The notes below the pieces were generated by a model. The model saw only the letters and a list, made by a program, of their open reading frames with translations. It was not told where the DNA came from and searched no databases. The position numbers and the translations under genes were made by a program. This document shows, piece after piece, positions 1-13,030 of a stretch of 57,717 bases of DNA. The DNA comes from Octopus bimaculoides (Eukaryota), in assembly GCF_001194135.2 (NCBI RefSeq), contig NC_068982.1, forward strand, positions 13,056,777-13,114,493. Reading direction: 5' to 3'. The stretch's first letter is position 1. The number at the start of each line of letters is the position of its first letter.

Positions 1-47
1 TATATGCATATATATATATATATACACACACACGCATATATATACAT

Positions 48-85
<38 letters not shown>

Positions 86-318
86 GGGTATATGGCGGTT
101 GTCTACTCCTTATTCAATCTTTGTTGGTATCTTTTCAGAACATTGTCTGGTTTAAAAAGTTACATCAGATGCCATAATGGTGTAAAGGTGTAGGTACAGG
201 AGGTGGTCAAACTCTGCATACATACACACACATACACACACACACACATATACACATACATATATATACATATATATACATATATACATATATATACATA
301 CATATATATTCATATACA

Positions 319-358
<40 letters not shown>

Positions 359-395
359 CATATATATATGCATGTATGTATGTATGTATGGATGT
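1..395. repeat. Compound (TA)n/(CA)n/(TACA)n microsatellites (1-85, 208-395)
   Basis: Directly visible alternating dinucleotide tracts; these explain the YI/HT/CV-rich ORFs. Confidence 0.95.
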
Positions 396-2245
396 ATATA
401 TGTATATGTTTTCATCAGAGGCATGTGTTAGTCTCACAAGACCATATATATGTGCGTGTATGTGTGAAAAAACCTAAGTAATATGTGGGTAGGAATCCTT
501 TTGCATTGACAAGAAATATGCTACTAACACTAACAACATCAATTATAACTTAATGCTGCCTCTGGCAATGAGGATGATAAATTTCATTAACAGGCTATAT
601 AGGTAGGAGTTAATAATTTTTTTTTAATCCTTTTTCACATTGGCAATACTAATGATGATTTATCTCCTATAACATCCAAATTTTCAGCTGATGAATGAAT
701 TTTATGGAATACTCCACTCTTTTCTTAATAATTGAATTTCTAAGTAGATCAACAACGCTCTTCATATTTCCTGATTCTCAGTGAAATTTCAATAAAATTT
801 AATTTTCATTGTAATGATATTCATGAATTTTTCTCGTCGGTTCTATAATCCTCAAGGCAATTTTTTTCCACTCTTTCATCTTGTGATTTATATTTCATTT
901 CACTGGTAATATGGCATAAATATTTCATTCTTTTTATGTTTCTCCCATAGGGATAGGACAGTGATTATTTCTTTCCATATAGCTTAAAGCTGTTAGTTAT
1001 GAACATCCTGTGAGAAGCTGCTGGATCTACTAGAATGATAGAACTGAGATGTATCAAATTGCTTTGCACTCATTCTTCTTGGAAATAATAAAGAAACGAA
1101 AACAATAAAAGAAAAAGAGAAAGAAGGGAAGAATGAATGAAAAGAAGAAAGAAATGAATGCAACCAACGTAATATATTTTCTTGCTTTATTTATGTCAGT
1201 GAACAAGCACATATAAATGCATGTGTAGGAATGTGTCACTTATATTTGCATGTGTACAAACACTGAGTTTCCCTACGTTTTTGTGTGAATATATGTACAC
1301 TTTAGTTTGGACATAAAAAGAAGATGTTTGGAGACTAAGTGTTTTTATTTTAAATTCATGAATACATGAATAATATATATATTTGCATGTCGAGAGGGAC
1401 AGGAAGAGGGAGAGCGAGAGAGATAGAGAGAGAGAGAGCAATGCACAGATATAATTTTATGTGTGTTTTCAAATGTAATACAGATTTTTCTGATGACTCA
1501 TATAAGTATATAGGATACAATATGTTTAAACACATCTTGGCAAGACGTGCAGTTTGTTACTGCAGAACATTACCAGTTTTATTTTTATATTCTATCTAGG
1601 ACTAAATGTAGGATTGATATGAATGTATTTCTCTGAAATTCTGTTGAAGTACATTACTTCCTTATATATTTACAAGACTCTCATATAATCCAATAAAATT
1701 AAAAATGATATTTTCCTTTGCAGCATTATTTTTCTTGCAGAGGAAAAAAAATGTTGTTATTAGCCAAAAAAAAATGCTATATTTACCAAGGCAACAATTT
1801 GATATAAAAGAAGTAATCTATGTTGTATTGTAGCATAAATTTCATGTGATAGGTTAGATAATTATATGGTGTATCTCATTATTTGATGTTCCCTGGCTGC
1901 TATCAACAAAAAAGAAAATTATTAGATTTCTATCAACGTTTAATCATGTCAGTTATCAAAAGTAATTATCTTCTTTGTCTCTTACAAGTTATTTCTTCAT
2001 TTTAAGTTTTAGAAGACAGGAGAAATTGTATCAGACTATTCACTTTGCAAAAAGTTAGTTACATTCTTTAATGTTTTAAGTTCAAATTTTTGCCAGATAG
2101 AATTGCTTTCTGTTTTTTTTTTTTGTTTTTTTTTTTGTATTTATTTCTCCAAAGTGGCTGAAATTATAACCAGTTATATACTGTGATAAATTCAATTTAA
2201 AAACTAAAAAAAGCCAATAAAAGGAATAAACATAGGATCAAGTTT

Positions 2246-2586
2246 GGCTGTAAGGTAAGAAGTTTGCTTCCAACCACTTGGTTCCAGGTTCAGTCCCACT
2301 GCATGACACCATGGGCAAGTGTTTTCTATAACATTGGATTGATCATGAGTGTGTCTGAAACTTTGTGTCTGAGTTTGGCCCTCACAACTTGACCAATGGT
2401 GTTGGTTTGTTTACATAACTGAAATTTAGCAGATCAGTAAAATTTAGCAGACTCATAAAATAAATGCCAGGCTCAAAAAAATAAGTATTGGGGTCAATTC
2501 ATTCAATTAAAAAAAATTCTTCAAGGCAGTACCCCAGCATGGTCGCAGTCTAATGACTGGAACAAATAAAATATAAAAGATAAAAG
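2246..2586 (+). mobile_element. tRNA-derived SINE, family A, diverged copy
   Basis: Head TGGCTGTAAGGTAAG...GGTTCAGTCCC (A/B-box-like), body ...CCAGCATGGTCGCAGTCTAATGACTG, and TAAAAGA tail; colinear with the copies at 49300-49763 and 55108-55495. Confidence 0.8.
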
Positions 2587-2623
2587 ACTTGGTTCCTCAC
2601 TGCTATCCAAGGTCAAATTCTAC

Positions 2624-2719
2624 ATAATACAATATACAAGTAAAACAACTGGACACAATACCTTACATCACGTGATGTAAGGTGTTGTGTCCTGTTGTTT
2701 TACTTGTATATTGTATTAT
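2624..2719. repeat. Spacerless palindrome with 48-bp arms (2 mismatches), centred on CACGTG
   Basis: 2624-2671 is the reverse complement of 2672-2719 except at two positions. Confidence 0.95.
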
Positions 2720-2778
2720 ATCACTCTAAGCTTTTTATGTTTTCTATGTTTTTATTCCTTCTTCTTTATGTACAACAA

Positions 2779-2863
2779 ACATCCTGATGAAGGGAGTGTC
2801 TAATCTCTAATATGAGTACAACACCATATTAATAGACACATCTCAGAAACGGTCCGTAGATGT
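2779..2863 (+). ncRNA. Type I hammerhead ribozyme with canonical core (PLE-associated type)
   Basis: Stem I ACATC(2779-83)/GATGT(2859-63); CTGATGA 2784-90; long stem II 2792-2844 (GGGAGTGTCTA/TAGACAC-A-TCTC plus AATATG/CATATT); GAAA 2846-49; stem III CGG-T-CCG; GUA site 2856-58. Confidence 0.85.
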
Positions 2864-3021
2864 ATACTTTTAACTTAACTTTTATATTATACGTTTTTTT
2901 TTTTTTTTTATCCTGTCCTAATGTACACGTTTTTAATATAATACATCATACCGTATATATTTACCCATTATATGTTATATCATAATGTACGTTTATATAT
3001 TGTAATGTTTTAACTTTAATT

Positions 3022-3881
3022 NNNNNNNNNNNNNNNNNNNNNNNNNNNNNNNNNNNNNNNNNNNNNNNNNNNNNNNNNNNNNNNNNNNNNNNNNNNNNNN
3101 NNNNNNNNNNNNNNNNNNNNNNNNNNNNNNNNNNNNNNNNNNNNNNNNNNNNNNNNNNNNNNNNNNNNNNNNNNNNNNNNNNNNNNNNNNNNNNNNNNNN
3201 NNNNNNNNNNNNNNNNNNNNNNNNNNNNNNNNNNNNNNNNNNNNNNNNNNNNNNNNNNNNNNNNNNNNNNNNNNNNNNNNNNNNNNNNNNNNNNNNNNNN
3301 NNNNNNNNNNNNNNNNNNNNNNNNNNNNNNNNNNNNNNNNNNNNNNNNNNNNNNNNNNNNNNNNNNNNNNNNNNNNNNNNNNNNNNNNNNNNNNNNNNNN
3401 NNNNNNNNNNNNNNNNNNNNNNNNNNNNNNNNNNNNNNNNNNNNNNNNNNNNNNNNNNNNNNNNNNNNNNNNNNNNNNNNNNNNNNNNNNNNNNNNNNNN
3501 NNNNNNNNNNNNNNNNNNNNNNNNNNNNNNNNNNNNNNNNNNNNNNNNNNNNNNNNNNNNNNNNNNNNNNNNNNNNNNNNNNNNNNNNNNNNNNNNNNNN
3601 NNNNNNNNNNNNNNNNNNNNNNNNNNNNNNNNNNNNNNNNNNNNNNNNNNNNNNNNNNNNNNNNNNNNNNNNNNNNNNNNNNNNNNNNNNNNNNNNNNNN
3701 NNNNNNNNNNNNNNNNNNNNNNNNNNNNNNNNNNNNNNNNNNNNNNNNNNNNNNNNNNNNNNNNNNNNNNNNNNNNNNNNNNNNNNNNNNNNNNNNNNNN
3801 NNNNNNNNNNNNNNNNNNNNNNNNNNNNNNNNNNNNNNNNNNNNNNNNNNNNNNNNNNNNNNNNNNNNNNNNNNNNNNNNN
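3022..3881. other. Assembly gap (others at 4745-5009, 10733-10933, 21212-21417, 27124-27648, 28824-29145, 29913-30159, 43131-43166, 49787-49927, 54979-54988)
   Basis: N runs, most flanked by simple repeats. Confidence 0.99.
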
Positions 3882-4489
3882 TATATATATATATATATAC
3901 ATACATACATACATACATACATACACACACACACTCACACACACACATCTGTGTCCTACACAGATGGTTCTGGTTTCACTTCCTCTCTGTAAAACATTTG
4001 GCAAGTGTTTTCTCTGCTAGTTCTTGGCTAACGAAAGTTCTGCAAGTGAATTTCATAAATGGAAACTCTGTAATAAATAACTTTGTAATAAATAAATATA
4101 TTTATGTAGATATGTGTGTGTGTGTGTGTGTTTCTGTTTCCTTATTTTGATATCATGTGACAGTTGTAAATGAGTGTGTCCGTCATACAATCAGTGCCCA
4201 TAGCTTCCAATCTGCCATAAAAACATGTCTGGCCATAGGGAAATATTTATTTCTTTACATAGAAGAGTTCGTGATAGGAAGGGCATCTGCTTCACTGAAT
4301 TCCATTAGGCCCCTGCAAGTACGGAAAAGTCGATGTTAACATGATGATGATGATGACACATATACATAATTTAAATTTTCCTTCAATCAGCAGATCCATT
4401 ACACTAGAAGTTCTTTTAGGTTTTGTAGTATTTAAGTGGGTAAGCACAAAACTCTTCACTAAATAGGTTGTCAGTCCATGGCAAGGTTA

Positions 4490-4650
4490 ACCCATTTCAC
4501 ACACACACAGTTGGTGCTGGTTCTCATTTTTACCTGAGTCAGCTGAAGCAGTGTGTTCTTGAACAAGGTACTTGCTCAAGGACACAATTTGCTGCTCAGT
4601 CCAAGAACTAAACCCACAATTTAATGATTGTGAGTCTAACATCAAAACTA
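4490..4650 (-). mobile_element. Decayed tRNA-headed SINE with CORE-like centre (family D-like)
   Basis: Reverse complement contains TTGTGTCCTTGAGCAAGTACCTTG, matching the central box of 12710-13030. Confidence 0.5.
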
Positions 4651-5049
4651 CTGTGCCTTCCCCCACCCCCACCCGCATATGTATAGTTGCTGTGTGTATG
4701 TGTGTAAATATGTATATATATATATATAAACATAAATATATATANNNNNNNNNNNNNNNNNNNNNNNNNNNNNNNNNNNNNNNNNNNNNNNNNNNNNNNN
4801 NNNNNNNNNNNNNNNNNNNNNNNNNNNNNNNNNNNNNNNNNNNNNNNNNNNNNNNNNNNNNNNNNNNNNNNNNNNNNNNNNNNNNNNNNNNNNNNNNNNN
4901 NNNNNNNNNNNNNNNNNNNNNNNNNNNNNNNNNNNNNNNNNNNNNNNNNNNNNNNNNNNNNNNNNNNNNNNNNNNNNNNNNNNNNNNNNNNNNNNNNNNN
5001 NNNNNNNNNTATATATGATGATGATGATGATACATATTTATATGTATAT

Positions 5050-5266
5050 ATTTGTGTTTCGGTGTTTGTCCCCCCCCCCTCACCCATCACCATTACTTGA
5101 CAAACAATGCTAGTGTGTTTATGTATAGTTAGCGGTTTGGCAAAAGAGACCGATAAAATAAGTACTAGGTATACAAAGAATAAATCCTGGGGTCGATTTG
5201 TTCTACTAAAGGTGGTGCTCCAGCATGGCCACAGTCAAAGGACTGAAACAAGTAAAAGAATAAAAG

Positions 5267-5268
<2 letters not shown>
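5050..5268 (+). mobile_element. SINE family A, 3' half
   Basis: ...AGCGGTTTGGCAAAAGAGACCGAT...GGTGCTCCAGCATGGCCACAGTCAAAGGACTGAAACAAGTAAAAGAATAAAAG. Confidence 0.8.
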
Positions 5269-5310
<42 letters not shown>

Positions 5311-6644
5311 CATATACACATACACAGCCATTGTGTGTGTCTCTCTCTATGTATATTTATATCCTCACACCTGCATATAATAAATAGACATGCTACACAC
5401 ACACACATACATACATACATACATACATATGCACATACACACAGAAGCAGATGATGGATAAATAAATTATGTTGAAATTTATGCATTTAAATTTGTAAGA
5501 CATTCATATTGACTGCTAGATTCTGTGAACAGGAAACCTGCCTTCCACAACTGCAGCTGATCTCGTTGAATAATTGCTGTTATAGAGCAATGCAGTAATT
5601 TTTATGCAATGTAGAATTTTCACTTTGCTTATCACCACTTCCTCGTCTACTTGACTCTGTTCCCTCTCTATCATCCTCTGACTCATTTTAATCTATGTTC
5701 AGCCATCTTTAATTTCCTCTTATCTCCCTTGCTTTCTTTCCTCTTCTTCTTCTCTCACAGCCTCTCTCTTTCCCTCGTCTCTTTCTTCCATTTTTCTCTT
5801 CCTATCACTCATCATTTTACATCAACATACTCAGCTCACAGCTCTCCTTCTCTTTCTCTCTCTCGCCTTCACTCCCATCTCCCCCCCCCCATCTCTCTCT
5901 TGCAGTGTTTCTGATTTTCTACATGCTTTATCTCATCTCAGCACTGTTGCAATTATATTTATTTTTCACTCTTCTACCCTTTATAAGATAATATCTTTCC
6001 ATTTGGCTTAATTCAAAACATTTTCCTCTTTTTATAAAATGGACTGGTTTCATAAAATTGTGATTAATTTTATGAGATGTGATTCCATCTTAAACATCTG
6101 AAAATATGTAAAATTATCACACCGTTACTTTCTTCATTCCATTCCTTCTTTCTTTTTAATAGAATTCTAAGAAAATAAAATGATGCAAGTTGAAAATATG
6201 AAACATCTAAACCACATTTACTCATTTCTTTCTTGTTTAGACTTCCTAATTATTCAGGTATTAATTTTGAAGAATTATGGTTTATTTAAGCAGCATTTTA
6301 ACCAACAACATAAATAGCATTTTACATGAGGTAGAACAGTCCTGCACAGACAAAATGAACATACATTGCGAGCCCAAATGAATTAGGAAAATTTATACAT
6401 TTTGTGACATTTATTTGTTTTTCTTTTACGTTATCATATAACTCTTTACCCCCTAGACACACACACACTCATGCACATCCTCAGTATGGATTAGAAAGAT
6501 CATTGATGCTGGTAAAAATGAAAGAAACAGCTAATGCTAGCTGGATTTGAACTCAGAGCATGGAGGAAATGATATTAGATATTGAAGAGAAATTTAGTCT
6601 GATTCTACAATGTTACTATCATGCTACAGCCTTAGTAAAAAAAA

Positions 6645-7030
6645 TAATAATAATAATAATCGTAATAATGATAATGATGATGATGATGATGATGATGATG
6701 ACAATGACGACTATGACGATGTTGACAATTTTGCTGATGATGACAATGACGATGATGATGATGATGATAATGTTGCTGCTGCTGATGATTGTGGTGGTGG
6801 TGGTGATGATGATGATGACGACAATAACACCAACGACGACGACGATGATGACAAATTTTGATGTTGACGACAATGATACTGACGACGATGAAGATGATGA
6901 CAACAATGATGACAATGATGATGATGACATTGATGATGATGATGATGATGATGATGATAATGACGATGATGATGAAGATGACGACGGTGGAGAAAGAGAA
7001 CAAGTACTATGAAAAGATGAAGACAACAAC
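6645..7030. repeat. Compound (AAT)n/(GAT)n/(GAC)n trinucleotide microsatellite
   Basis: Visible tract; source of the poly-D/M/H/S ORFs. Confidence 0.95.
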
Positions 7031-7864
7031 AAGAAGATCATTCAATTTTGATGTATTTTACTAATTTCTTCGCTAAATCACCACTATTGAGAAATTAATC
7101 ATAGGTTGCAGAACAAATTGGTCTTTTTATGGATGGTCTATGTATCTTCTCTTACTGCATTAACACAGAAAATAACATCTAACAAAGATCAATAGAATTT
7201 ATTGCACATTTCAGTTGTAGGCAGGAGGATATGCAGCTATTAGAGTTTAAAGAAATATAGAACATTTTGTTCTATTCATATGGAATAGATTCTTGAGCAT
7301 ATGATAATAACTGCATACTTGAAAGTATTCTTGGTTACAATTTTAAGAAGAGCTACATCCATTATTAAAATTGAAGTTAAATTATATGAGCTCCAGGCAA
7401 GATTTTGCCTCCTGATTCAAGTGAAACTTGAATCATGATTTAATGATTTAAAATATTAATCATATTTTAATGCAACTTCTGCTTTTAAATATTTAAATAT
7501 CATTTTTTTTTCTTCTTCTTTTGCTTCTTTTGCTTCTTTTGCTTCTCTTACTGATCATTATTATAGTCCATCCCACCACAGTCACTGTCACTGTATTATA
7601 ACAGAGTAACATTAATGGGCTTAAAAGATTATTATAAAGATGACAAGGGAGCAAAGAAAAGGGGAAGGGGAAAAAAATTCTTTTTGCTGTGTGTAAGAAA
7701 ACAACAACAAATACAAAATAGAAACTAAGCTGACCAATGATTAAAACTACAGGTAAATATAAATGCAAAATTTTCAATAAAAGTAGCAAGAGAGAAAAAA
7801 ATAATATAGTAATTTGTCTCTCGCCCATATGGTTTCTGGTTCAATCCTACTACACTGAGTGAAA

Positions 7865-8040
7865 TACTTAGCGGTATTTCGTCTGTCTTTACATTCTGAG
7901 TTCAAATACCACCGAGGTCAACTTTGCCTTTTGTCCTCTCTGGGCTGATGAATTCAGTACCAGTTGTGTACTGGAGTCGATCTAATTGACTGCCCCCCTC
8001 TCCAAAAATTTTGGGCCTTGTGCCTAGAGTAGAAAAGATT
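7865..8040 (+). mobile_element. SINE family C (MetaSINE-like central domain)
   Basis: B-box GAGTTCAAAT, central ACTTTGCCTTT...AGTACCAGTT, and 3' GGGCCTTGTGCCTAGAGTAGAAAAGA. Confidence 0.8.
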
Positions 8041-8064
8041 ATTTTACAGGTTCAAGATTTTTCT

Positions 8065-8195
8065 AATGTGATTACATTGTCTATTTTTAGAAGGACATTG
8101 TTAGGTAGGTGTGAGAGGATGGATTTGGCTAGTTTGAACATAAAAAAGGTAGAATATTTTGACCAGGTATGGCTAATTTGAATACCAAAGGATCA
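8065..8195. mobile_element. Fragment of a dispersed repeat, possibly a TTAA-ended MITE (related fragment 13490-13548; another GGGTTAA-ended piece at 41960-42183)
   Basis: Shared GAAC(A/T)TAAA..GGTAGAATATTT.G.CCA..TAT.GC.A.TTT motif; 13548 and 42183 end in (A/G)GTTAA. Confidence 0.35.
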
Positions 8196-9979
8196 AGATT
8201 ATTGATGGAACAGTGGGTTACCTCCACTGTTCCATCAGGCTGTGACTCTGCTAAAAATTCTGATGAATTAAATTGCAAATGGTGGCACAAATGTTGTGTA
8301 TGAAATCTAAGCCATATCTGCTATATAAAGGCTTTAAAATTATATGCAAGAGACAATGCACAGTTGAAAGTCATTTGAAAATTTTTACACAAATTCAGTA
8401 CTAATGTCAGAATGAATATGGTGCTAGACAAAAACATCAAATCTACTTTAAGAAGAGAGATATTAATTAAAATTTAACAAATTAGCATTAGGTACTGAAG
8501 CTAGACAATTACAACAAAATCACCTATTTTAGTAATTATGATCTACTCAGATACAAAATAATGAAATTAAAGAGAAAATTAGAAAATGGTGCCATTGAGA
8601 AAAGAATGACAGTGTCAGACATTAGATAAAAGGCATAAGTGCTTCTCTTCCTATATTTAATAGTGCCAAATCTTGATAAACAAAATATAAGGAAATTCTT
8701 TTTCCGACAATATAGGAATTCAGACACACTTTAGACTTTACCTAAAAAGAAAGCAAAATTTTGCAGAATATAAACCACCACTAGTTTTGCTGGATTTTTT
8801 TCAATGTAATATAATATATAAAAATAATATATAAAATATAATCTGTGAGAAAAATCATACCTTTTATTCCAAATTATATTAAATTTGTACCATGGAAAAA
8901 GATACACAATAAGTTAAAATGGCTCACTTGTCTATATACAAAAAAAAAATTGATAGAAATCTCTAAAATACCAAGTTGACACCATATGCAAATATAAAAT
9001 CTCAAGACTACATTTTTTTAAAATTCTGAAGTCTGATGGAACAGAAAACTCTCCCAAAAATACATTCCAGGCTTGTTAATGCATCATTAACATTATTAAC
9101 AAACTGCACATTAACATCAACTGTAAATTTATTATCAAAGTACAGAAAAACCAGCATCACTGAGCCAACCTATAAATCAATCAAAAAGAAAAAGAAAAAC
9201 CCTAAAAACATCAGTGAAGAGGAAAAAAAGGGAAAAAGATTGAAGATGAAACTAGAATAAATTTGAATATTAACAAGTCCCAAATCAACAGAAGCACAGT
9301 CTTTAGAAGATCCATCTGTGTTTGTATCAAAAAGATTCAATGTCTTTGAAGACATGAAAATTACTGAGGCTGCAGCTTCAAGAAGAGTTGCTGTGTTAAT
9401 GATAGTTCTTCTAAATACTTGCATCCAGAAAATAGAGCATATACCTCCACTGAACCCACGCTCACTGTTCGCTTTCTCTTTCCTTATAACATTTTGAAAA
9501 TATATATAAAGACCTATATCTATGAAATTGATCTACTCCAAACACCTATAAAGTCTCTTGAAGATATGAGAGACCCATATCTAAATCTTAGATTTTTCCG
9601 TTTGTAAATACACTTGATGCAATGCTTTAAAAGAACAAAAAAAAAGAGAGCTGAGACATAATTATTTTTCAAGAAAGCAATTAAAAAGTAATATTAATCT
9701 AAAAAAGAGTCAAGGATAACAAAAGTTAAACCTGGATAAGTTATGAAGTAAAAAGAGAGATCTTCATAGGAAATATATGAATGTATAAGTTAACAATCGT
9801 ACTCATTACACAACCCACCAAATAATCATCCTTATTAAAAAAATCTATAACCATCCACTGTTAAATAACCAAACCCTCTTAATTAAATTATGCACCATAG
9901 CAAAAAAAGGAAAAAGGATTATTGGTAAAGGAAATAAACTTAGGGTAAAACTGAATTAATATCGATTTAAAATATTCGT

Positions 9980-10385
9980 TCTTACTCAAGGCACAAGGCC
10001 TGAAATTTTTTTATGGAGAGGGGGCAGTCGATTAGACGACTCCAGTAAGCAACTGGTACTTAATTTCTGGCCCTGAAACGATGAAAGGTAAAGTCGACCT
10101 CGATGGAATTTGAACTCAGAATGCCGCTAAGCATTTCACCTGGCATGCTAACAATACTGCCAGCTCACCAACTTAATTGGTTTAAAATATTGGCACAAGT
10201 CAGCAATTTCAGGGGAGGGGGTAAGTCAATTACATCGATCCCAAGTACGCAACTGGTACTTATTCTCTGGACCCTCGAAAGGATGAAAGGCAAAGTTGAC
10301 CTTGGTAGAATTTGAACTCAGAACATTAAAAGAGATGGAATGCCACTAAGCATTTTTCCCATTGTGCTAAAGATCCTGCCAACTC
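9980..10385 (-). mobile_element. Tandem pair of family C SINEs (9980-10150, 10185-10385)
   Basis: Two reverse-complement copies, each with GGATGAAAGG.AAAGT.GACCT.G..GAATTTGAACTCAGAA. Confidence 0.85.
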
Positions 10386-10449
10386 ACTAACTTAAACTAA
10401 ATTAATACTAATTAATATTAATTACTTTTAAGTAAATCAAAGGTGAATC

Positions 10450-10655
10450 AGGCTGAATCATTAGCACTGTGGACAAAATGCTTAGCAATATTTAGTCTGC
10501 CTTTATGTTCTGAGTTCTAATTCCACTGAGGTCAACTTTGCCTTTCATTTTTACAGGGACAATGAAATAAGTACCAGTTGAACACTGGGGCCGATGTAAT
10601 CAACTAGTCTCCTCCCCAAAATTTCAAGGCCTTGTGCCGTCAGTAGAAAAGAATA
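10450..10655 (+). mobile_element. SINE family C, head-to-head with the previous pair
   Basis: AAAATGCTTAGC...GAGTTCTAATTCC...TTTGCCTTTCAT...AGTACCAGTT...GGCCTTGTGCC...AGAAAAGAATA. Confidence 0.85.
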
Positions 10656-10959
10656 TACTCTACAAAAGGATTAAACCCCTAGCATATCATGATGGAGTGG
10701 TTGTCTCCCATGGGCAACATTATATATATATANNNNNNNNNNNNNNNNNNNNNNNNNNNNNNNNNNNNNNNNNNNNNNNNNNNNNNNNNNNNNNNNNNNN
10801 NNNNNNNNNNNNNNNNNNNNNNNNNNNNNNNNNNNNNNNNNNNNNNNNNNNNNNNNNNNNNNNNNNNNNNNNNNNNNNNNNNNNNNNNNNNNNNNNNNNN
10901 NNNNNNNNNNNNNNNNNNNNNNNNNNNNNNNNNGGTTGGAAATATATTTTATGGGTAGA

Positions 10960-11008
10960 GTCTTACAGCTGTTTCTGGGAAGATCCAGTACTTCCCTTCA
11001 TCGGAGAC
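10960..11008 (-). ncRNA. Minimal type I hammerhead ribozyme, U4C core variant
   Basis: Minus strand reads GTCT-CCGATGA-A-GGGAAG-TACTGGAT-CTTCCC-A-GAAA-CAGCTG-TA-AGAC, with perfect stems I and II and self-complementary ACAGCTGT. Confidence 0.8.
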
Positions 11009-11984
11009 AGAAATAGTAAAGGAATCGATTATTATATCCATAGGCGGAGAGTTTTAGTATGAAGTGATAGTGAGTGCTGGAAAAAGAAAGAAAGAGAGAA
11101 CAGTACTTGGAGTGTAGTTTCATTCCAGTAGTAAATATCCGTGTGAAGTAATCCTTGTGGGTATAATCCGGAAATAGTTGCTGCAGCAAAGGCTGAGATA
11201 GTAGAGGTGAATATATGCCATATTGTGTCCGAGGTATTTTGCTTGTGTTCACTTGAAGGATGCCCAGGTCAAGTGAGAAAAGTGTGCAGGGTAAGTAGGT
11301 CAAGTCTTGAAGACAGAGTGGGAAGGGGATAGAGGAAAGATTCAGGTGGCGAATGGTAGTGGTATATTTTTATGGTCAGTTGATCTGACTGGATATATAG
11401 GTGAAGTATATTTGCCACTTAAATGTGGCTGACCCCTAAGTGCCGCGTTCAGAGATTTAACATTGCTTATATATATAATGTGTGTACATGTATGTGCATT
11501 TGATGTTTGTAACAAAATGTTCCCTTGATGTTCTATTGCAGTCAGGCTTTGAAATGCTCTATAGGAATGTCTAATGCATAGTTCCACATAACTACAATGG
11601 CTAAACATACATAGAAACTACGTATATACATCAGTGTTTACCTTAATTTTCACTATGTATGTTCTGTATATCATATCTAGTAAAACTGCCTAGTACAGTG
11701 GAAGATTAACCACTATACAGGATGATGATAATCTACATGTAATGATAATCTACGTGCAACTCCAACTCATACGGTCGTTGTACAGTTGTACTGTACACAC
11801 AAGATATCCATCCATCCATCCGTGCAGCTATCCGTCTATCAGTCAATGTGTGTGTTCTGCTTTTCAGTGATGGTGTTGGGGAAAATTCAAAGGCTGCCTG
11901 GGCAGCACAATGTCTAGATAAACTGCTGGATTGAGCATCTTTCAATAATATCATTACTTATCCTAATTATGGCTTTTAACTTTA

Positions 11985-12410
11985 AAGCACATTTGGTCTT
12001 CCATAGATTTTTCCTTCTTGGAAAGAATATATCATCAATCCCATACCAAAACCAGGAGTTGACATTTTGATCCTGAAAATTACAAACTAATCTCTGTTGG
12101 GCAATATAATATCCTCACTGATATCTGATATTCAGTGTGGATTCATGAATCAGGTAAATGCCATAGATTATCTGATATGCTTGGAGGATACGAGATGCCT
12201 TTATAAAGGTAAAAAAAATAAACTCCCCCTAAAAAAACATATATGTAGCTTTGATTCAGAAAAAAAACAAAGAAAAAATACGATGCAATCTAGAAACATG
12301 ATATATGATTATGAGAACATGAAAATTTTTATATTTCTAAAAGATATAACTTTTATTGTATAAATAAGGATCCATCTATCTAATTCTTAGAAGGAGCTGA
12401 AAGTCCCCTA
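11985..12410 (+). mobile_element. Decayed LINE reverse transcriptase fragment (I/Nimb-like)
   Basis: Frameshifted translation gives HIWSS..PSWKEYIINPIPKPG, DPENYKLIS, QCGFMNQVNAIDYLICLE and SFDSEK.YDAI. These match WKxxxIIPIPKPGK, NYRPISL, QCGFR..ST.DHL..LE and FFDLEKAYD of I-group LINEs. Confidence 0.8.
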
Positions 12411-12709
12411 TTTGGTGTCAAAATAAATAGCCTCATCAACATTAAAAAAATACAAATATCACAGATTCTCTGTATGCTGTGATTTTTAATGTTATATGAG
12501 GGAAAACATGCATGTTATAGGACAAGAGTGTCAGCATTGAATAAACAACAGACCTATTCTATCACTCAAAAGCAAGTTTCACATAAACACATTCGGTCAT
12601 TTAAAACTAGTTACAAATTTTCATCCTTGGTCTCTTGGTGATAGGTTTATATTTTCATACATCTTCACTTATAACGAGTTTAAAATGTCCATTGTCATGC
12701 AATGTGAAT

Positions 12710-13030
12710 GTGCATGGCTCAGTGTTTAGAGCATTGGGCTTAGAATCGTGGGGCTGTGAGTTTGATGTGTTGTGTTCTGGAGCAAGATACTTTATTTCAC
12801 ATTGCTCCTGTTCTCTCAGCTGTAGAAATGAGTTTGCAACATCACTGGTGCCAAGCTGTATTGGTCTTTGTCTTTCCCTTGGATAACAACAGTGGTGTGG
12901 AGAGGGGAGGCTGGTATGCATGGACAATTGCTGGTCCTCCACAAACAACCTTGCCCAGACCTGTACCTCAGAAAGGAACTTTCTAGGTAGGATCCCATGA
13001 TCATTTATGATTGAGTGGGGTCTTTACCCT
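12710..13030 (+). mobile_element. tRNA-headed SINE with CORE-like centre (family D), full length
   Basis: A-box TGGCTCAGTGTTTAG, decayed B-box GAGTTTGATG, centre TTGTGTTCTGGAGCAAGATACTTTATTTCACATTGCTCC; matches 41416-41638. Confidence 0.75.

Noticed and set aside
9036-9607. A-rich block with several moderately long open frames on both strands
   Set aside because: It may be a decayed retroelement ORF1, but no diagnostic motif was found.
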